A program made the position numbers and the translations under genes. Positions 46,428 through 56,650 of a stretch of 64,000 nt of DNA are shown here, piece by piece; within the stretch, counting starts at the first letter, position 1, and each line of letters opens with the position of its first letter. The DNA is taken from IMG/VR virus record IMGVR_UViG_3300013105_000023; one strand, given 5' to 3'. Source of the stretch: an uncultured virus (IMG/VR IMGVR_UViG_3300013105_000023) (Duplodnaviria; Heunggongvirae; Uroviricota; Caudoviricetes). The notes under the pieces are model-generated. The model ran no database searches, was not told where the DNA came from, and saw nothing but the letters and a program-made list of their open reading frames with translations.

Positions 46428-46508
46428 ACTCAACGTATTACGGATAGGCAGGCTTCGGTCTGCCTACTTATCGCTTAACCGCGACACACAGACATTTGGA
46501 GAAAACAA

Positions 46509-48842
46509 TTGGCCAACTTGACGCAAGTGATGCCGGGTGGTGTAGACCGCCCGGACGTCGCCCTCAAAGAAGACCTGGATGCTATCGCTCAGGTTGCAAA
46601 CAATGCGAAGGCCCAAGCCCAGGAGACATCTGACTTCCTGGAAACCCGTGTGCCGGTAGGCCGCACGATCAACAGCATGCCGCTGGACGAGGATATCGTC
46701 ATCGATGCCGATTCTATCGACACGTACGACAAGTCGACGATCGATTCGAAGATCTCAGCGGTTGAAGCGGGTGGGTATAATCCCGTTCACGTTAACGGCC
46801 ACTTGCTGGATCAAGATGTTATCCTGTCTGCCGGTGACGTCGGTGCCTATTCGTCTTCAGAAGTTGACGGCAAGGTTGCCAACCTGGTGCCGAAAACCCG
46901 CACGGTCAACGGTAAGCCGCTGGATGCTGACGTTACGATCTCAGCGAGCGACCTGAACGTTTACACCAAAACGGAAGTCGACGGTAAGACCGACAACTTC
47001 GTGACCCAGGACCGCAAGATCAACGGGAAGAACCTGTCGTCAGACATTACGCTGACCCTGTCCGATCTCGGTGGTGCAGATGGTTTTGTGCCACGTACCT
47101 TCAAGATCAACAACAAGGACATGTCCGGCGTAAGCCTTGATCTGACAGCTGATGATATCGGGGCGATCTCTCAGTCGTACGTCGACGACAAACTGTCAAA
47201 ATACATCGGCGTGGACAACCAGAACGGTCTGGGTAACGCCCCGTATCCGGTGACCGACAAGAGCTTTGCGGAAAACGTCGGCGGATCAGGCTTCTATTCT
47301 TATGCTGCCGGCACCACCCAGGATGATCAAGGCAATACCGTGCCGACGTCCGTTTCTGACCGCCCAACCGGGTCACAGAGCGGCCGCGTGGTGATCCTGA
47401 CCAACAAGGCGACCTACGACCAGGACGGCAACGTGGTGACGCCTGCCTCTCAGGATCTGCTGGCATTCCCGAACGATCTGGACGGCCTGTGGTTCAAGAA
47501 GAGCGGTTCTACCGTGTGGCAGCAAGTCGGTGCTGGCGGTGCGGGTGATCTGCCGTACCCGAACGTCTGGGCCCCGATGGGCGATACACTGGCAATCACT
47601 GCCGGTTCCGCCCCGTATGACACGATCACGATCGGCGGTGACAGCATCGATCTGAACTCGAAGTCCGTGACCTTCACGCGTTCAACCGTGGCGACCTACG
47701 TGGATAACGCCGGTGTACTGCAATCGGCAGAAGTCGATGAGGCTCGCTTTGAGCGTCAAGGCATCCTGATTGAAGGCCCGTCGGTCAACGCCCTGTTCAA
47801 CTCGAACACGCTGACGTCCTGGCAGAAGACCACCAACGCTACCGTAACAGCGGGCGCTGCAGTGGGCCCGGACGGCGTCAACGCGTCAGCCAACAAGCTT
47901 AGCCTGACCACGGCGAGCGGTGAAGTGACGGCACAGGGTTCTGTTCGAGCGGATACCTTCGCGGCGAACGGCAACGTTGCGTTCTCGATCTTTGCGAAAG
48001 CCTCGGAGCGTTCACTCCTGCAGCTGAGTTTCGCCACGAGCGTTAGCAGCCTGTACGCCAACTTTGATCTGATCAACGGCACGACGGGTGGGAATGCGAC
48101 GGTTAAATCAATCCAGAAGCTGGGTAATGGTTGGTTCCGCTGTTCGGTTGTCGTCAAGGCAGCTGCAGTACCTGCGTCCGGTTCAAACTTCAGTGTTAAA
48201 GCTACGATCATCAACGCATTGGGTGATACTCTTGCTCCTTCTGCGTCCGGTGTTGCCGGTGACAGTCTGTTCCTGTTCGGCGGCCAGGTTGAAGCCCTGC
48301 CGTTCGCCTCGTCGTACTTCCCGACCGGGAATACTGCCCCGACGACCGGACGTGCGGCTGACATGGCGAGTATGCGTGGAGCGGCCAACTGGAATGCAGG
48401 TCCTTTCACGCTCTTTGCAGAAGTTCATACCAACTGGGACGCTACTCCTCCGAACGAAGCGCCTCGCGTCTTTGATCTGGGTGGTACGGTCGCAACCGGC
48501 GTGGACTACGTGAGCCTGGCCGTAGGTTGGAACACTGCGATTCAGCAAGCAACGGCGGTGATCGGTGACGGAGCAGCGGCAACCCAATACGCGGCAGCAC
48601 GGAGCTACTCTGGACGAAACATTATGGTGGCCATGCGCTACGACGGGACCGCTCTGGACGTTGCAGCAAACGGTATGCTGTCAGCGAAAACCGCCGTGCC
48701 GTACACCATCGGTAACTCGTCGACCGCTCTTCGCATCGGTGGACAAGCGACTGACGGAATCCGCCACCTGTTCGGGCACATCAAGAATTTACGTGTCTGG
48801 CACCGTGCATTAAAGGACTCTGAGGTCAAAGGGTTGCAGTAA
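46509..48842 (+). CDS. Long fibre or spike protein with a C-terminal LamG/ConA-like domain
   Basis: TTG start with GGAG RBS; five R.ING..L..D repeats; FTRSTVATY..G..IEG, GNGWFRC, and GHIKNLRVW..AL. Confidence 0.8.
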   Translation: MANLTQVMPGGVDRPDVALKEDLDAIAQVANNAKAQAQETSDFLETRVPVGRTINSMPLDEDIVIDADSIDTYDKSTIDSKISAVEAGGYNPVHVNGHLLDQDVILSAGDVGAYSSSEVDGKVANLVPKTRTVNGKPLDADVTISASDLNVYTKTEVDGKTDNFVTQDRKINGKNLSSDITLTLSDLGGADGFVPRTFKINNKDMSGVSLDLTADDIGAISQSYVDDKLSKYIGVDNQNGLGNAPYPVTDKSFAENVGGSGFYSYAAGTTQDDQGNTVPTSVSDRPTGSQSGRVVILTNKATYDQDGNVVTPASQDLLAFPNDLDGLWFKKSGSTVWQQVGAGGAGDLPYPNVWAPMGDTLAITAGSAPYDTITIGGDSIDLNSKSVTFTRSTVATYVDNAGVLQSAEVDEARFERQGILIEGPSVNALFNSNTLTSWQKTTNATVTAGAAVGPDGVNASANKLSLTTASGEVTAQGSVRADTFAANGNVAFSIFAKASERSLLQLSFATSVSSLYANFDLINGTTGGNATVKSIQKLGNGWFRCSVVVKAAAVPASGSNFSVKATIINALGDTLAPSASGVAGDSLFLFGGQVEALPFASSYFPTGNTAPTTGRAADMASMRGAANWNAGPFTLFAEVHTNWDATPPNEAPRVFDLGGTVATGVDYVSLAVGWNTAIQQATAVIGDGAAATQYAAARSYSGRNIMVAMRYDGTALDVAANGMLSAKTAVPYTIGNSSTALRIGGQATDGIRHLFGHIKNLRVWHRALKDSEVKGLQ

Positions 48843-48888
48843 ACTTAAGTGAAACTGGAGGTTTCCTCCAGTTAACTTAGGAGGCATA

Positions 48889-49782
48889 ATGGCCAAGCGT
48901 AAATCGATTATCACCCTTTCAAACTTTGTCCAGATGGCTATCGGTTCGTCCGGTAGCAATGTCGTTAATGTAATGCCGAACGGAGGTCTCCAAGTAGGCA
49001 ATAACACTGGCCAAACCATTCTGTATTCAAGCCAAGATCCTACCACCATCGTTGACGGCGTCACCTACAAGCTTCTCAGTGAGAAGAACATGGCGGACTT
49101 CGTCACGGCCGGTGGGCTCAACCGTATCACTATCATGAAAGCCAACGGTACTTTTACGAAAGACACCAAGACTAAACGCATGATTGTCGAGATGGTGGGA
49201 GGCGGCGGGGCGGTTCCATCCTGTGCGGCACTCGGGTTGGCAGCGGTAGCTGTCGCGTCAGGCGGGGCGTCGGGGGCGTACATGAAGTTGTCCTTCGACT
49301 CGACCCAAGCGGCACTGGTTACTACCGTTCCGGTCGTGATCGGAGCAGCCGGTGTGATCGCCGCAACCAAAGGTGGCAACGGCGGAGATACCTCGTTCGG
49401 TGCACTGATTGCCCGCGGCGGGGCCGGCGCTACGATGATCACCTCGGGGAACTTACTCGGTTCGTGGACCATGACGGGGCGGGCCAAAGGTGGTTCTTAC
49501 CAGACCAGCGCCAATGCCACGACTATGCAGTCACTTCGCGGCGGGTGTGGTCAGGAAGGGATCTACGTGGCGGCTGACGGGCGGGGCGGTACCGGTGGAT
49601 CTAACCCGCTCGGATCCGGCGGACAGGGAATGTCTACCAAGGATGGCGTCTCTGTTGTTACCGACATGATCCCTGACGGGTTTGGTGCCGGGGCCGGCGG
49701 CTTTGTGGTGGCAGGGCTGGGTTCTCTTAGCGTGGGGTGTGCCGGAGCGCCCGGAGCAGTCATCGTCTGGGAGTTTTTCTGA
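48889..49782 (+). CDS. Glycine-rich tail-fibre-associated protein
   Basis: VEMVGGGG..GG..G.Y..GG.GG.TSFG..GAPGAVIVWE. Confidence 0.75.
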   Translation: MAKRKSIITLSNFVQMAIGSSGSNVVNVMPNGGLQVGNNTGQTILYSSQDPTTIVDGVTYKLLSEKNMADFVTAGGLNRITIMKANGTFTKDTKTKRMIVEMVGGGGAVPSCAALGLAAVAVASGGASGAYMKLSFDSTQAALVTTVPVVIGAAGVIAATKGGNGGDTSFGALIARGGAGATMITSGNLLGSWTMTGRAKGGSYQTSANATTMQSLRGGCGQEGIYVAADGRGGTGGSNPLGSGGQGMSTKDGVSVVTDMIPDGFGAGAGGFVVAGLGSLSVGCAGAPGAVIVWEFF

Positions 49783-49784
49783 GC

Positions 49785-49814
49785 TAAAAAAGAACCCCGG
49801 GTTTCCGGGGTTTT
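49785..49814. terminator. Bidirectional terminator
   Basis: AAAAAAGAACCCCGG-GTTT-CCGGGGTTTT between convergent genes. Confidence 0.75.
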
Positions 49815-49817
49815 CAT

Positions 49818-50714
49818 TTAGAACAGCTTGCGGGATTCAACCCTAATGGATTGAAGGTCGCCGCAAGTGTTCCGCTTACCGTTCTTACAGAGCGGCTTGA
49901 AATCGCAGTACGTACACGCCGTACCCTTGTTCGGGAAGAACTCTTCGGCTTCGAGGACGGTTTGTACCGCTGTTTCAATCTTCGCGTCCAACCACGTTGG
50001 GAGCAGATCCTCGATGTTCTTCGCCTTGATGTAGTCGTTCATGACGACCTGGCCGGCTTCCATGAAGTGGATCCCGGACTGCATGCCCCGCACTTTACGG
50101 TGACCAAAGTGGTACAGTAAGTGGTACGTTGAGAGCTGCGGACGGTGATACTTCAGGCCATAGGCCGGCGAGCCACCACGCTTGTGGTCGATGACCAGAG
50201 CGTCGTCGTTCTGCAGGTGGATCGGCAAGTCGATAACACCACGGAAGTACGCATCCGGTGACGTGAACCCAGTCGGTTTATAGTCACGGGTAATCGCAAG
50301 CTTCAGCTCCGGAACGATCTCGTCAATCGGGTGATTCTCTTCGAACACGCCCATGCGTTGACGGAAGGCTTTGAGGTTAGCGTAGTGCTTCTCGACAAAC
50401 CACCAGCGTTCTGGCGTCACGGCCGCAAAGTTTTCTTCCTTGCCGAGTGCTTCTGCTTCTTCAAACGTGTGGCCTTCGAACATCAGTTCGAGCATGCGGT
50501 GCAGGGCTGTACCGGTATTACGCAGCAAGACATCGTCCGGGTTCTCTTCACCGAGAATACGCAGCTTGACGCCATACTGAAGTAAAAATTGTAGCGGGCA
50601 TTTCTCGAGCGTCTTCAGCTTGGAGACTGACCACGGTCCGAAACCCGTTGGGGAAATGTCGGTAACACCTTCGAGGCGGGCGAGCGCTTCCTCGAGTTCT
50701 TGTTTCTGACTCAT
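49818..50714 (-). CDS. PD-(D/E)xK RecB/AddB/Cas4-like exonuclease
   Basis: S.S.L....CP, G..LH, RGVID..IDHK, QL..Y, and C..C.....C Fe-S ligands. Confidence 0.85.
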   Translation of the reverse strand: MSQKQELEEALARLEGVTDISPTGFGPWSVSKLKTLEKCPLQFLLQYGVKLRILGEENPDDVLLRNTGTALHRMLELMFEGHTFEEAEALGKEENFAAVTPERWWFVEKHYANLKAFRQRMGVFEENHPIDEIVPELKLAITRDYKPTGFTSPDAYFRGVIDLPIHLQNDDALVIDHKRGGSPAYGLKYHRPQLSTYHLLYHFGHRKVRGMQSGIHFMEAGQVVMNDYIKAKNIEDLLPTWLDAKIETAVQTVLEAEEFFPNKGTACTYCDFKPLCKNGKRNTCGDLQSIRVESRKLF

Positions 50715-50799
50715 GAAATCTCCTGAAAGGTTAATCTTATAAGAGTTTAACCTCTCCAGGCACTAAAAGAAAGGGCCCCGTAGGGCCCTCTGGTACACC

Positions 50800-51483
50800 T
50801 TAGACGGTGTAATTGGTTTCGTCAGTGCTACCAGTCAGTTCCTGGTCGCCGCCGGCTACCGGTACGTCTGGAGCAGCGAACTCGCCGCCTTCAAACTCAC
50901 CGAACTCGTTGTCGGTGCCGTTACCGCCGTACTGAACGACTTTGATCAGCTGGATCTTCTCCAGACGCAGGCTCACGCCCACACCCTGAGTTGCCATGTT
51001 GTAAGGACGAGCCGTTACAACTACGCGAACGATGGTGCCGTTACCGATCTTGGCTGCTGCCAGTTGCTCTTTGCTCAGGTATTTACCCTTGCTGTCAACG
51101 ATCGGCAGGTTGATTTCCTGCACTGCGCCATCTTTATCGGTGAAGCGAGCAGCACGTTTCAGCTTGAGCTGAAGGGTACCGTTCTCCATTTCACCGGCCA
51201 GCCAAGGCTGGGTATCAGAAGCTTTAAGCTGTTTGGCTTTCTTGCCTTTCTTCTTAGCTTCTTCGTTTTCGATTTCCTGGTAGATCGGCAGAGCCGCTTC
51301 CAGAATTGCCTGCATGTCTGCGAAGTGGGTACGCATTTCTTCAGGCTTAGGGTAAACAGTGACTTTGAACTCACCCATTGCGTTGAACTTGGTGTCCGGC
51401 TCCAGCAGGTGGAACCATTCGCCCGCTACTGGGCCGATGATGATGCGTTTCTCGAGTTCTTTCAGTTGATCAGCTGCTGCCAT
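50800..51483 (-). CDS. Single-stranded DNA-binding protein (T7 gp2.5-like)
   Basis: PDTKF..GEFKV, IVDSKG, IGNGT, GVSLRL..IQ, and an acidic tail. Confidence 0.85.
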   Translation of the reverse strand: MAAADQLKELEKRIIIGPVAGEWFHLLEPDTKFNAMGEFKVTVYPKPEEMRTHFADMQAILEAALPIYQEIENEEAKKKGKKAKQLKASDTQPWLAGEMENGTLQLKLKRAARFTDKDGAVQEINLPIVDSKGKYLSKEQLAAAKIGNGTIVRVVVTARPYNMATQGVGVSLRLEKIQLIKVVQYGGNGTDNEFGEFEGGEFAAPDVPVAGGDQELTGSTDETNYTV

Positions 51484-51521
51484 GTTCGTGTTCTCCAGTG
51501 GAAGTGTATTTGTGAGTCATA

Positions 51522-51550
51522 ATTATGTCGGAAAGCTCAGCTAAAGTCAA
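51522..51550 (-). promoter_or_regulatory. Host sigma-70-type promoter for ssb
   Basis: TTGACT-N17-CATAAT. Confidence 0.7.
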
Positions 51551-51647
51551 GCCCCAATTCTCACGAATTCGTTGAGATACTCGGCCGTTACGAAATTCTG
51601 CCCAGTCCTCCGGTGTCAAAACGATGCTACCTGATTTCTCCATATTA

Positions 51648-51655
51648 GTTATACC
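51648..51655 (-). promoter_or_regulatory. Phage promoter variant GGTATAAC
   Basis: TCCAAT-N15-GGTATAAC. Confidence 0.55.
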
Positions 51656-51679
51656 CTCAAATGAAATCTTATTGGATGC

Positions 51680-51874
51680 TTATTCAGCACCCTTGACGTG
51701 AATCTCCATGACATTCCCGCCGCCAGACATCGGGTAAGCGCCACGCTTTTCGCCGGCATCCATAATCGCCGCCCCGATCAGATCAAGTTTATCCTTGTCT
51801 GCGGTGACGTCGTTCGTGGTAAGCACCAGAGTGGTGATACCGTTTTGTTTCCGAATTGCATCGATCTTGATCAT
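51680..51874 (-). CDS. Hypothetical protein
   Basis: GAGGA RBS before MIKID; AGTATAAG variant upstream. Confidence 0.55.
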   Translation of the reverse strand: MIKIDAIRKQNGITTLVLTTNDVTADKDKLDLIGAAIMDAGEKRGAYPMSGGGNVMEIHVKGAE

Positions 51875-51886
51875 ATCAGTCCTCAA

Positions 51887-51915
51887 TTGACTTATACTGC
51901 TCTGCCGAGTACTAT
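51887..51915 (+). promoter_or_regulatory. Host sigma-70-type promoter for the phage sigma gene
   Basis: TTGACT-N17-TACTAT. Confidence 0.7.
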
Positions 51916-51939
51916 ACCGTGACTAACCTGGAGAACACA

Positions 51940-52800
51940 ATGGGATTGACAAAATACTACGAGGATATCTGTGATCGGTATCCTATCCTCAGTCGTGAGG
52001 AAGAAAACAAACAACTGGGCATTTACTTCTCGACAACCGCCTCGGCCAAAGAGAAGTCACAGGCTCGGGATATCCTCATTTGCTCAAACCTGCGGTTTGT
52101 GTTCAAGAAAGCCAAACGTTACTCCCGTGGGAACGTCGAGCAGTTTGAAGACCTGATCGCAGCAGGCAATGAAGGCTTGCTGGCCGGTCTGGATAAGTTC
52201 GATCCAACCAGTGGGGTTCGCTTACTGAGCTACGCCGGCTGGTGGGTCATGCAGCGTCAGCTAAAGGAAATGTCCCGCTGGCGCCTGGTCGCCCTTCCTG
52301 CTCAGAAGCAGCAACTCGCCACAAAGATCAAGAAGTTCGTTGAGTCTAAGGACGAGATGCCGAGCATTGAAGAACTGCGTGAAGAGTTTCCCAATGCGTC
52401 CATCAAGGATCTGCGTGAACTGAGCAAAACCCAGTACATCACATTCTATCTGGACAACATGAAGGAAACCGACACACCGATTGTCCACCCGATTGATCAG
52501 TTGGTGGAAGAACTGGAGAACGATAGCTTGCTTACGGCTATCAATGCACTGCCCTATCCGGATAATGAAATCGTGAAGATGTCTTACGGAATCGTCGATG
52601 GGGTTGAAATGAAACCCGTTGAGATCGTTCGCGTCTTAGACAATCCGAAATATAATCAGGCGTACGTTAAGCGGTCCCTGGTGAAAAGTGCTGAGGCATT
52701 GCGTCTAGTTATGGTGGACGGTTACGGGCAAACGACAACTTCCGGGTATGACGTTCCGTCCAGCGCCCTGGGGTATATCGAGAACGACCTGCCCTGGTAG
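51940..52800 (+). CDS. Sigma-70 family RNA polymerase sigma factor
   Basis: Region 1.2 Y..DI..YPILSREEE; region 2 LICSNLRFV...AKRY, DLIAAGNEGL....KFDP..G.RLLSYAGWWV. Confidence 0.9.
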   Translation: MGLTKYYEDICDRYPILSREEENKQLGIYFSTTASAKEKSQARDILICSNLRFVFKKAKRYSRGNVEQFEDLIAAGNEGLLAGLDKFDPTSGVRLLSYAGWWVMQRQLKEMSRWRLVALPAQKQQLATKIKKFVESKDEMPSIEELREEFPNASIKDLRELSKTQYITFYLDNMKETDTPIVHPIDQLVEELENDSLLTAINALPYPDNEIVKMSYGIVDGVEMKPVEIVRVLDNPKYNQAYVKRSLVKSAEALRLVMVDGYGQTTTSGYDVPSSALGYIENDLPW

Positions 52801-53036
52801 AGTACCTGGCGTGGCTCAACTCGAATATCCGGTCGGATCTCAGAACAGATTGCCACCGCAGCATAGATCCGAGCCACGCGAGACGAGACGTTAAATCTGG
52901 TCATTGCCAGTTTTGTTTTACGCTCGATGTTCTTGCGTTCGTGTATTCCCTCGGGTGTTAGCGTTAGCTGGCACTCGTTCATTTCGATCTTCATCTTCAT
53001 CTCCGTTCGGAAAATAACCCCAGTTCCAAATATTCA

Positions 53037-54650
53037 TTAAAACCCCTCGAAAGAGTCTTGCAGCCAGCGTGGTATCCACTGACGGGTGCGGTTTAGAAAC
53101 GATGGGAATCGGCTATCGAGTAGATAAGTGATTCCATAATCTTGCTCAGATCTTACTGGTCGGCCAAGCATCTGGCCAAATACTACGAGTGTCTTCAAGT
53201 CGTACCATTGGGGGTTCCGCTGCATCATCTTGCCCACGACCTTATCCCCGACGTTGAGGTAAGGTACGGATGTCGCAATCTGGAAACGAGCACGGTCGTC
53301 TTTGAAGTCTACCCCTTGCTGGCAAATCGGTGAGATGAATACCGAGTTGTCGCGACGAAGGTAGAACCCTGATAACTGCATGCCGAAGTCATCAGAGGTG
53401 TGCGTCACAGTGCGACCACCTAAGGCTTCCTGTAACTGTGCAGCCTTAACGTAGCTGCTGACGTGAATCAATCCCTTCTCGTCCGGATGTCGAGAAAAGA
53501 TCCTACGGATTCGGTCAACGAGACGACCGAAGTTATTCTCCCACTCTGCAGCATTGAGCTTCACAGCGCCGGCGTCCATCACGACCGGACGGTTCTCTAC
53601 GGGGAACGTGGAGTTCACACGAAGATAAGCCGTCTGGGCTGGATCCAGTCCGTTCTCATAGCAGAACATGTTCTTGCTGAAGATCGTACCGGACATCAGC
53701 AGCACCTTATCCGCTTGGTCGAAGATTAAGGAGCGAGCTTGACGGGACACGTCCAGAGGGCGGAATGTGAAGTACGTGCCGCTATCCTTATGGGTTACGT
53801 CCGTGGCGAATTGTCCAAACATCATCACGCTGGTGGAGCCGTCGGCATTGAGCTGGTACATATTGTCAATCTGCTCGCCGAGGTCACTCAGGTACTGGCG
53901 GAACTCCCGGGTGAACGCCCCTGTCGGCTGGTGGGCCGGAGCACGGAAGTAACGCTGCCAGTCCTGCATCGTCCAGCGGTCCATTTGTGGAAGCTCGGGC
54001 AGTCGCATGCCTTTGATGAACACCGTTTTGGCCAGTGTATCGCGGACAATTCCCGCTAAGTCATGGCACTCGTCCACAACCAAACGGGGGCGACGCTCGA
54101 AGCGTCCGGCATAGTGGGTCTGATAGATGAAAGAGTGCAGGTTGCACACGATGTGTTCCGACTCCAGGGCCACGTTAATGGCGGTCTGGTATGGGCACTC
54201 GATGCCTGACAATCTTTCACAGCTCTCTTGGTAGGCTACTCGAGCATCCGGTTCCGACTGGGTCAGACAGCGGCCCTGTGAGCAGCGGATGCCGCCCTGA
54301 AACCGGGGTGACAGATTACCTTCAAGAATCTCAGCATGGATCTGATGAACCGGTAAAGATTCAAGTCCTGGACGTCTGGGGTCGACGCAAGGATAGGCCG
54401 CACGGCCTTTAAGTGTTACGATATACTCACTGAAATCATCGAAGTACTGATCTTGTAAGCTTTTACGGGGAGTCAGGATGAAACTCTGGTGGCCATGTCT
54501 GGCAAACGCAACTCCCATACCTGATTTCCCCGAACCTACAGGACTTTCCAACAGGACGTAGGGATGACGCTGCATGATTGGATCAAGAGCAGTCAGAACA
54601 CGGTCCTGCGTTTCGCGAATCGTTCGAAACGGAAAGAAATCCTTTAGCAT
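53037..54650 (-). CDS. DinG/XPD-family helicase
   Basis: ESPVGSGKS, Cys cluster, VDECH, SGT, GVDF, Q..GR..RS..D.G...LLDSRF. Confidence 0.9.
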   Translation of the reverse strand: MLKDFFPFRTIRETQDRVLTALDPIMQRHPYVLLESPVGSGKSGMGVAFARHGHQSFILTPRKSLQDQYFDDFSEYIVTLKGRAAYPCVDPRRPGLESLPVHQIHAEILEGNLSPRFQGGIRCSQGRCLTQSEPDARVAYQESCERLSGIECPYQTAINVALESEHIVCNLHSFIYQTHYAGRFERRPRLVVDECHDLAGIVRDTLAKTVFIKGMRLPELPQMDRWTMQDWQRYFRAPAHQPTGAFTREFRQYLSDLGEQIDNMYQLNADGSTSVMMFGQFATDVTHKDSGTYFTFRPLDVSRQARSLIFDQADKVLLMSGTIFSKNMFCYENGLDPAQTAYLRVNSTFPVENRPVVMDAGAVKLNAAEWENNFGRLVDRIRRIFSRHPDEKGLIHVSSYVKAAQLQEALGGRTVTHTSDDFGMQLSGFYLRRDNSVFISPICQQGVDFKDDRARFQIATSVPYLNVGDKVVGKMMQRNPQWYDLKTLVVFGQMLGRPVRSEQDYGITYLLDSRFPSFLNRTRQWIPRWLQDSFEGF

Positions 54651-54683
54651 TACGGAGCCTCAATTGTGTGTGTACACATTATT

Positions 54684-54691
54684 CTTATACC
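54684..54691 (-). promoter_or_regulatory. Phage GGTATAAG promoter
   Basis: GGTATAAGAATAATGTGTA. Confidence 0.65.
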
Positions 54692-56601
54692 AGTGGTTTC
54701 AGCCTTTTCGAAAAGTCCACCAGTATCGCTTCACGGATCACCATCTTGTTCTGCAGGGCTTGATAGACCTGTTCTTCCGCCTCACAGTCCGCTAAGAGGA
54801 TGAAATAGTCCACTTCTCGGGTCTGTCCGATACGGTGAGAACGGTCTTGCTGCTGCAGGAACACTTCCAGCGAGTAGTTCAGCGAGTAAAACACGTGCGT
54901 ATACACACGAGTTGAGAATTCCGGCAGCACCTCATCGATACCTTCGAGGGCTTCCGGGTCTTTGCCGAGCACGGTAATCCCGTAGTTCACGGCTTTAGCC
55001 TGACAGATCATCACAGTCACGTTCGGATCGTTGTTGAACCGACGGACAATCTCACCGGTGTCCTTGGTGCCGCCGCGGACCGACAGGTGGCTTATCCCAC
55101 GAGAGTCCATGAACTGGGTGATGAGCTCGTGCTCTGCCTGGCAGTTGTACCACAGGATAAACTTGCGGCCAGCGAGTTGGTTATCCAGAAGGTTGCCCAA
55201 CTGGTTCATCTTCGGTTGATTCTCGAAGAAGTAGGTCTTGCGGGGTGATTCTGTTTTCTCGCCGCCGAACAGGATATCCAGGTAGTCGTCCTCTTGCTCC
55301 TTGTAATACAGGAAGCCGTTGGCGATCTGCTGCACCTTGGAGAGCATGCCCAGGCCGTTTTCAACCGAGACGACTTCACCATTCGGTAAAGTGTAGACGT
55401 AGTTGCTGACAAGTCCAGAATACATTGCTTTCTGAATGTCCGACATCTCGAAGCGAATCGGGTGGAAGTTCTTCGCTGGAAGATTCAACCAGTCTTCTTT
55501 ACGCATGACGATCGAACAGGACTCGAGAATCTCTCGGATTTCCTGCACGTTCTTCTTGCTGACCCCGATGGTCACTGAGAACGACTTGCCCCGTGGCTTG
55601 ATCTTGATGCCGTAGTGCTGGTCGAACTTCCCGTACGCCATGCCGGTCAGGGCGGGTTGCAGGAACCGGATCGGAGCAAAGGCATCCAGGGCCGTGTTGT
55701 TGATGAGCGTTCCGGACATGATCACACGGTAAGGCACGACGGAGGCGAGCTTCAGCAAGTCCCGGGTGCGGGCCGAGTTGTGTGTCTTGATCAGGGCTTC
55801 ATCCAGGGCCACGAAGTCGAACTTGAACTTGTCCGTCAGGTAATCCACACCGGTTGGGATTCGGTGGGCTGCCATGTCGGCATCGATGGTCGCCTTGTTG
55901 TAGTTGATCACGATGATGTCAGCTTCGGCTGCTGCCGCCAGGTCCGCTTCACGCTTCTCCGGGATGGTCAGCACTTCACGTTCCGCCGTCTTCACGTTAG
56001 AACGGGCACGCTTCCACTTGTCGGAGCCTTCCTCCAACTGCTCCATGATCTTCTCCCACTTCTCGACACGCTGCTTGGCCGAGACCAGTGAGCGATTCCA
56101 GTTGGTGGAAGCCAGGACGTGGATCTTCAAGTCAGGGCGGTGCGTGGCCACTTCATCGATCCACACGTGACGAAGTGCCACTGGACAGACGATCAGACTC
56201 TTCGAGAACTTCATCAAGGCGATGTAGTCGAGAATGACTTTGGTTTTCCCCAAGCCCGGGTCCAGCAGTAACCCGCCGCCGCCCCGCGTGTAGAGGAAAC
56301 GAAGGGCAATCTCTTGATGCTCCAACGGCGACGTGTGATACTCGAAGTGCGGCGGGAGAGGCAACAGGACCGACTCCTGACGGAGCAGATCGACGATGTC
56401 TTTCTCTTTGGTGGTGATCGAGGTCTTGAGACTCTTCTTCAAACGACCCACGATATTCTGTAAAATAGAAGGGAATGCCGGCGCCCACCGTTCGCCGCGT
56501 ACCTTATACAGTGCAGGGAATACCGTAAGTATGGTATCCTCAGCCGTCGTCTCAGGAATGAACCGAACGTTCTTCCTGTCCGGAGTGAAAGTTAATTGCA
56601 T
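54685..56601 (-). CDS. SNF2-family helicase
   Basis: DPGLGKT, LIVCP, LDEA, SGT and Q..DR.HRIGQ motifs. Confidence 0.9.
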   Translation of the reverse strand: MQLTFTPDRKNVRFIPETTAEDTILTVFPALYKVRGERWAPAFPSILQNIVGRLKKSLKTSITTKEKDIVDLLRQESVLLPLPPHFEYHTSPLEHQEIALRFLYTRGGGGLLLDPGLGKTKVILDYIALMKFSKSLIVCPVALRHVWIDEVATHRPDLKIHVLASTNWNRSLVSAKQRVEKWEKIMEQLEEGSDKWKRARSNVKTAEREVLTIPEKREADLAAAAEADIIVINYNKATIDADMAAHRIPTGVDYLTDKFKFDFVALDEALIKTHNSARTRDLLKLASVVPYRVIMSGTLINNTALDAFAPIRFLQPALTGMAYGKFDQHYGIKIKPRGKSFSVTIGVSKKNVQEIREILESCSIVMRKEDWLNLPAKNFHPIRFEMSDIQKAMYSGLVSNYVYTLPNGEVVSVENGLGMLSKVQQIANGFLYYKEQEDDYLDILFGGEKTESPRKTYFFENQPKMNQLGNLLDNQLAGRKFILWYNCQAEHELITQFMDSRGISHLSVRGGTKDTGEIVRRFNNDPNVTVMICQAKAVNYGITVLGKDPEALEGIDEVLPEFSTRVYTHVFYSLNYSLEVFLQQQDRSHRIGQTREVDYFILLADCEAEEQVYQALQNKMVIREAILVDFSKRLKPLV

Positions 56602-56650
56602 GCTCCACCTGTGGTTAAACTATGAGTACCTAGCGCGAGGATAACATTAC

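Noticed and set aside
49818..50714. Cas4 as part of a CRISPR system
   Set aside because: There are no other cas genes and no array; its position next to SSB fits a recombination exonuclease.
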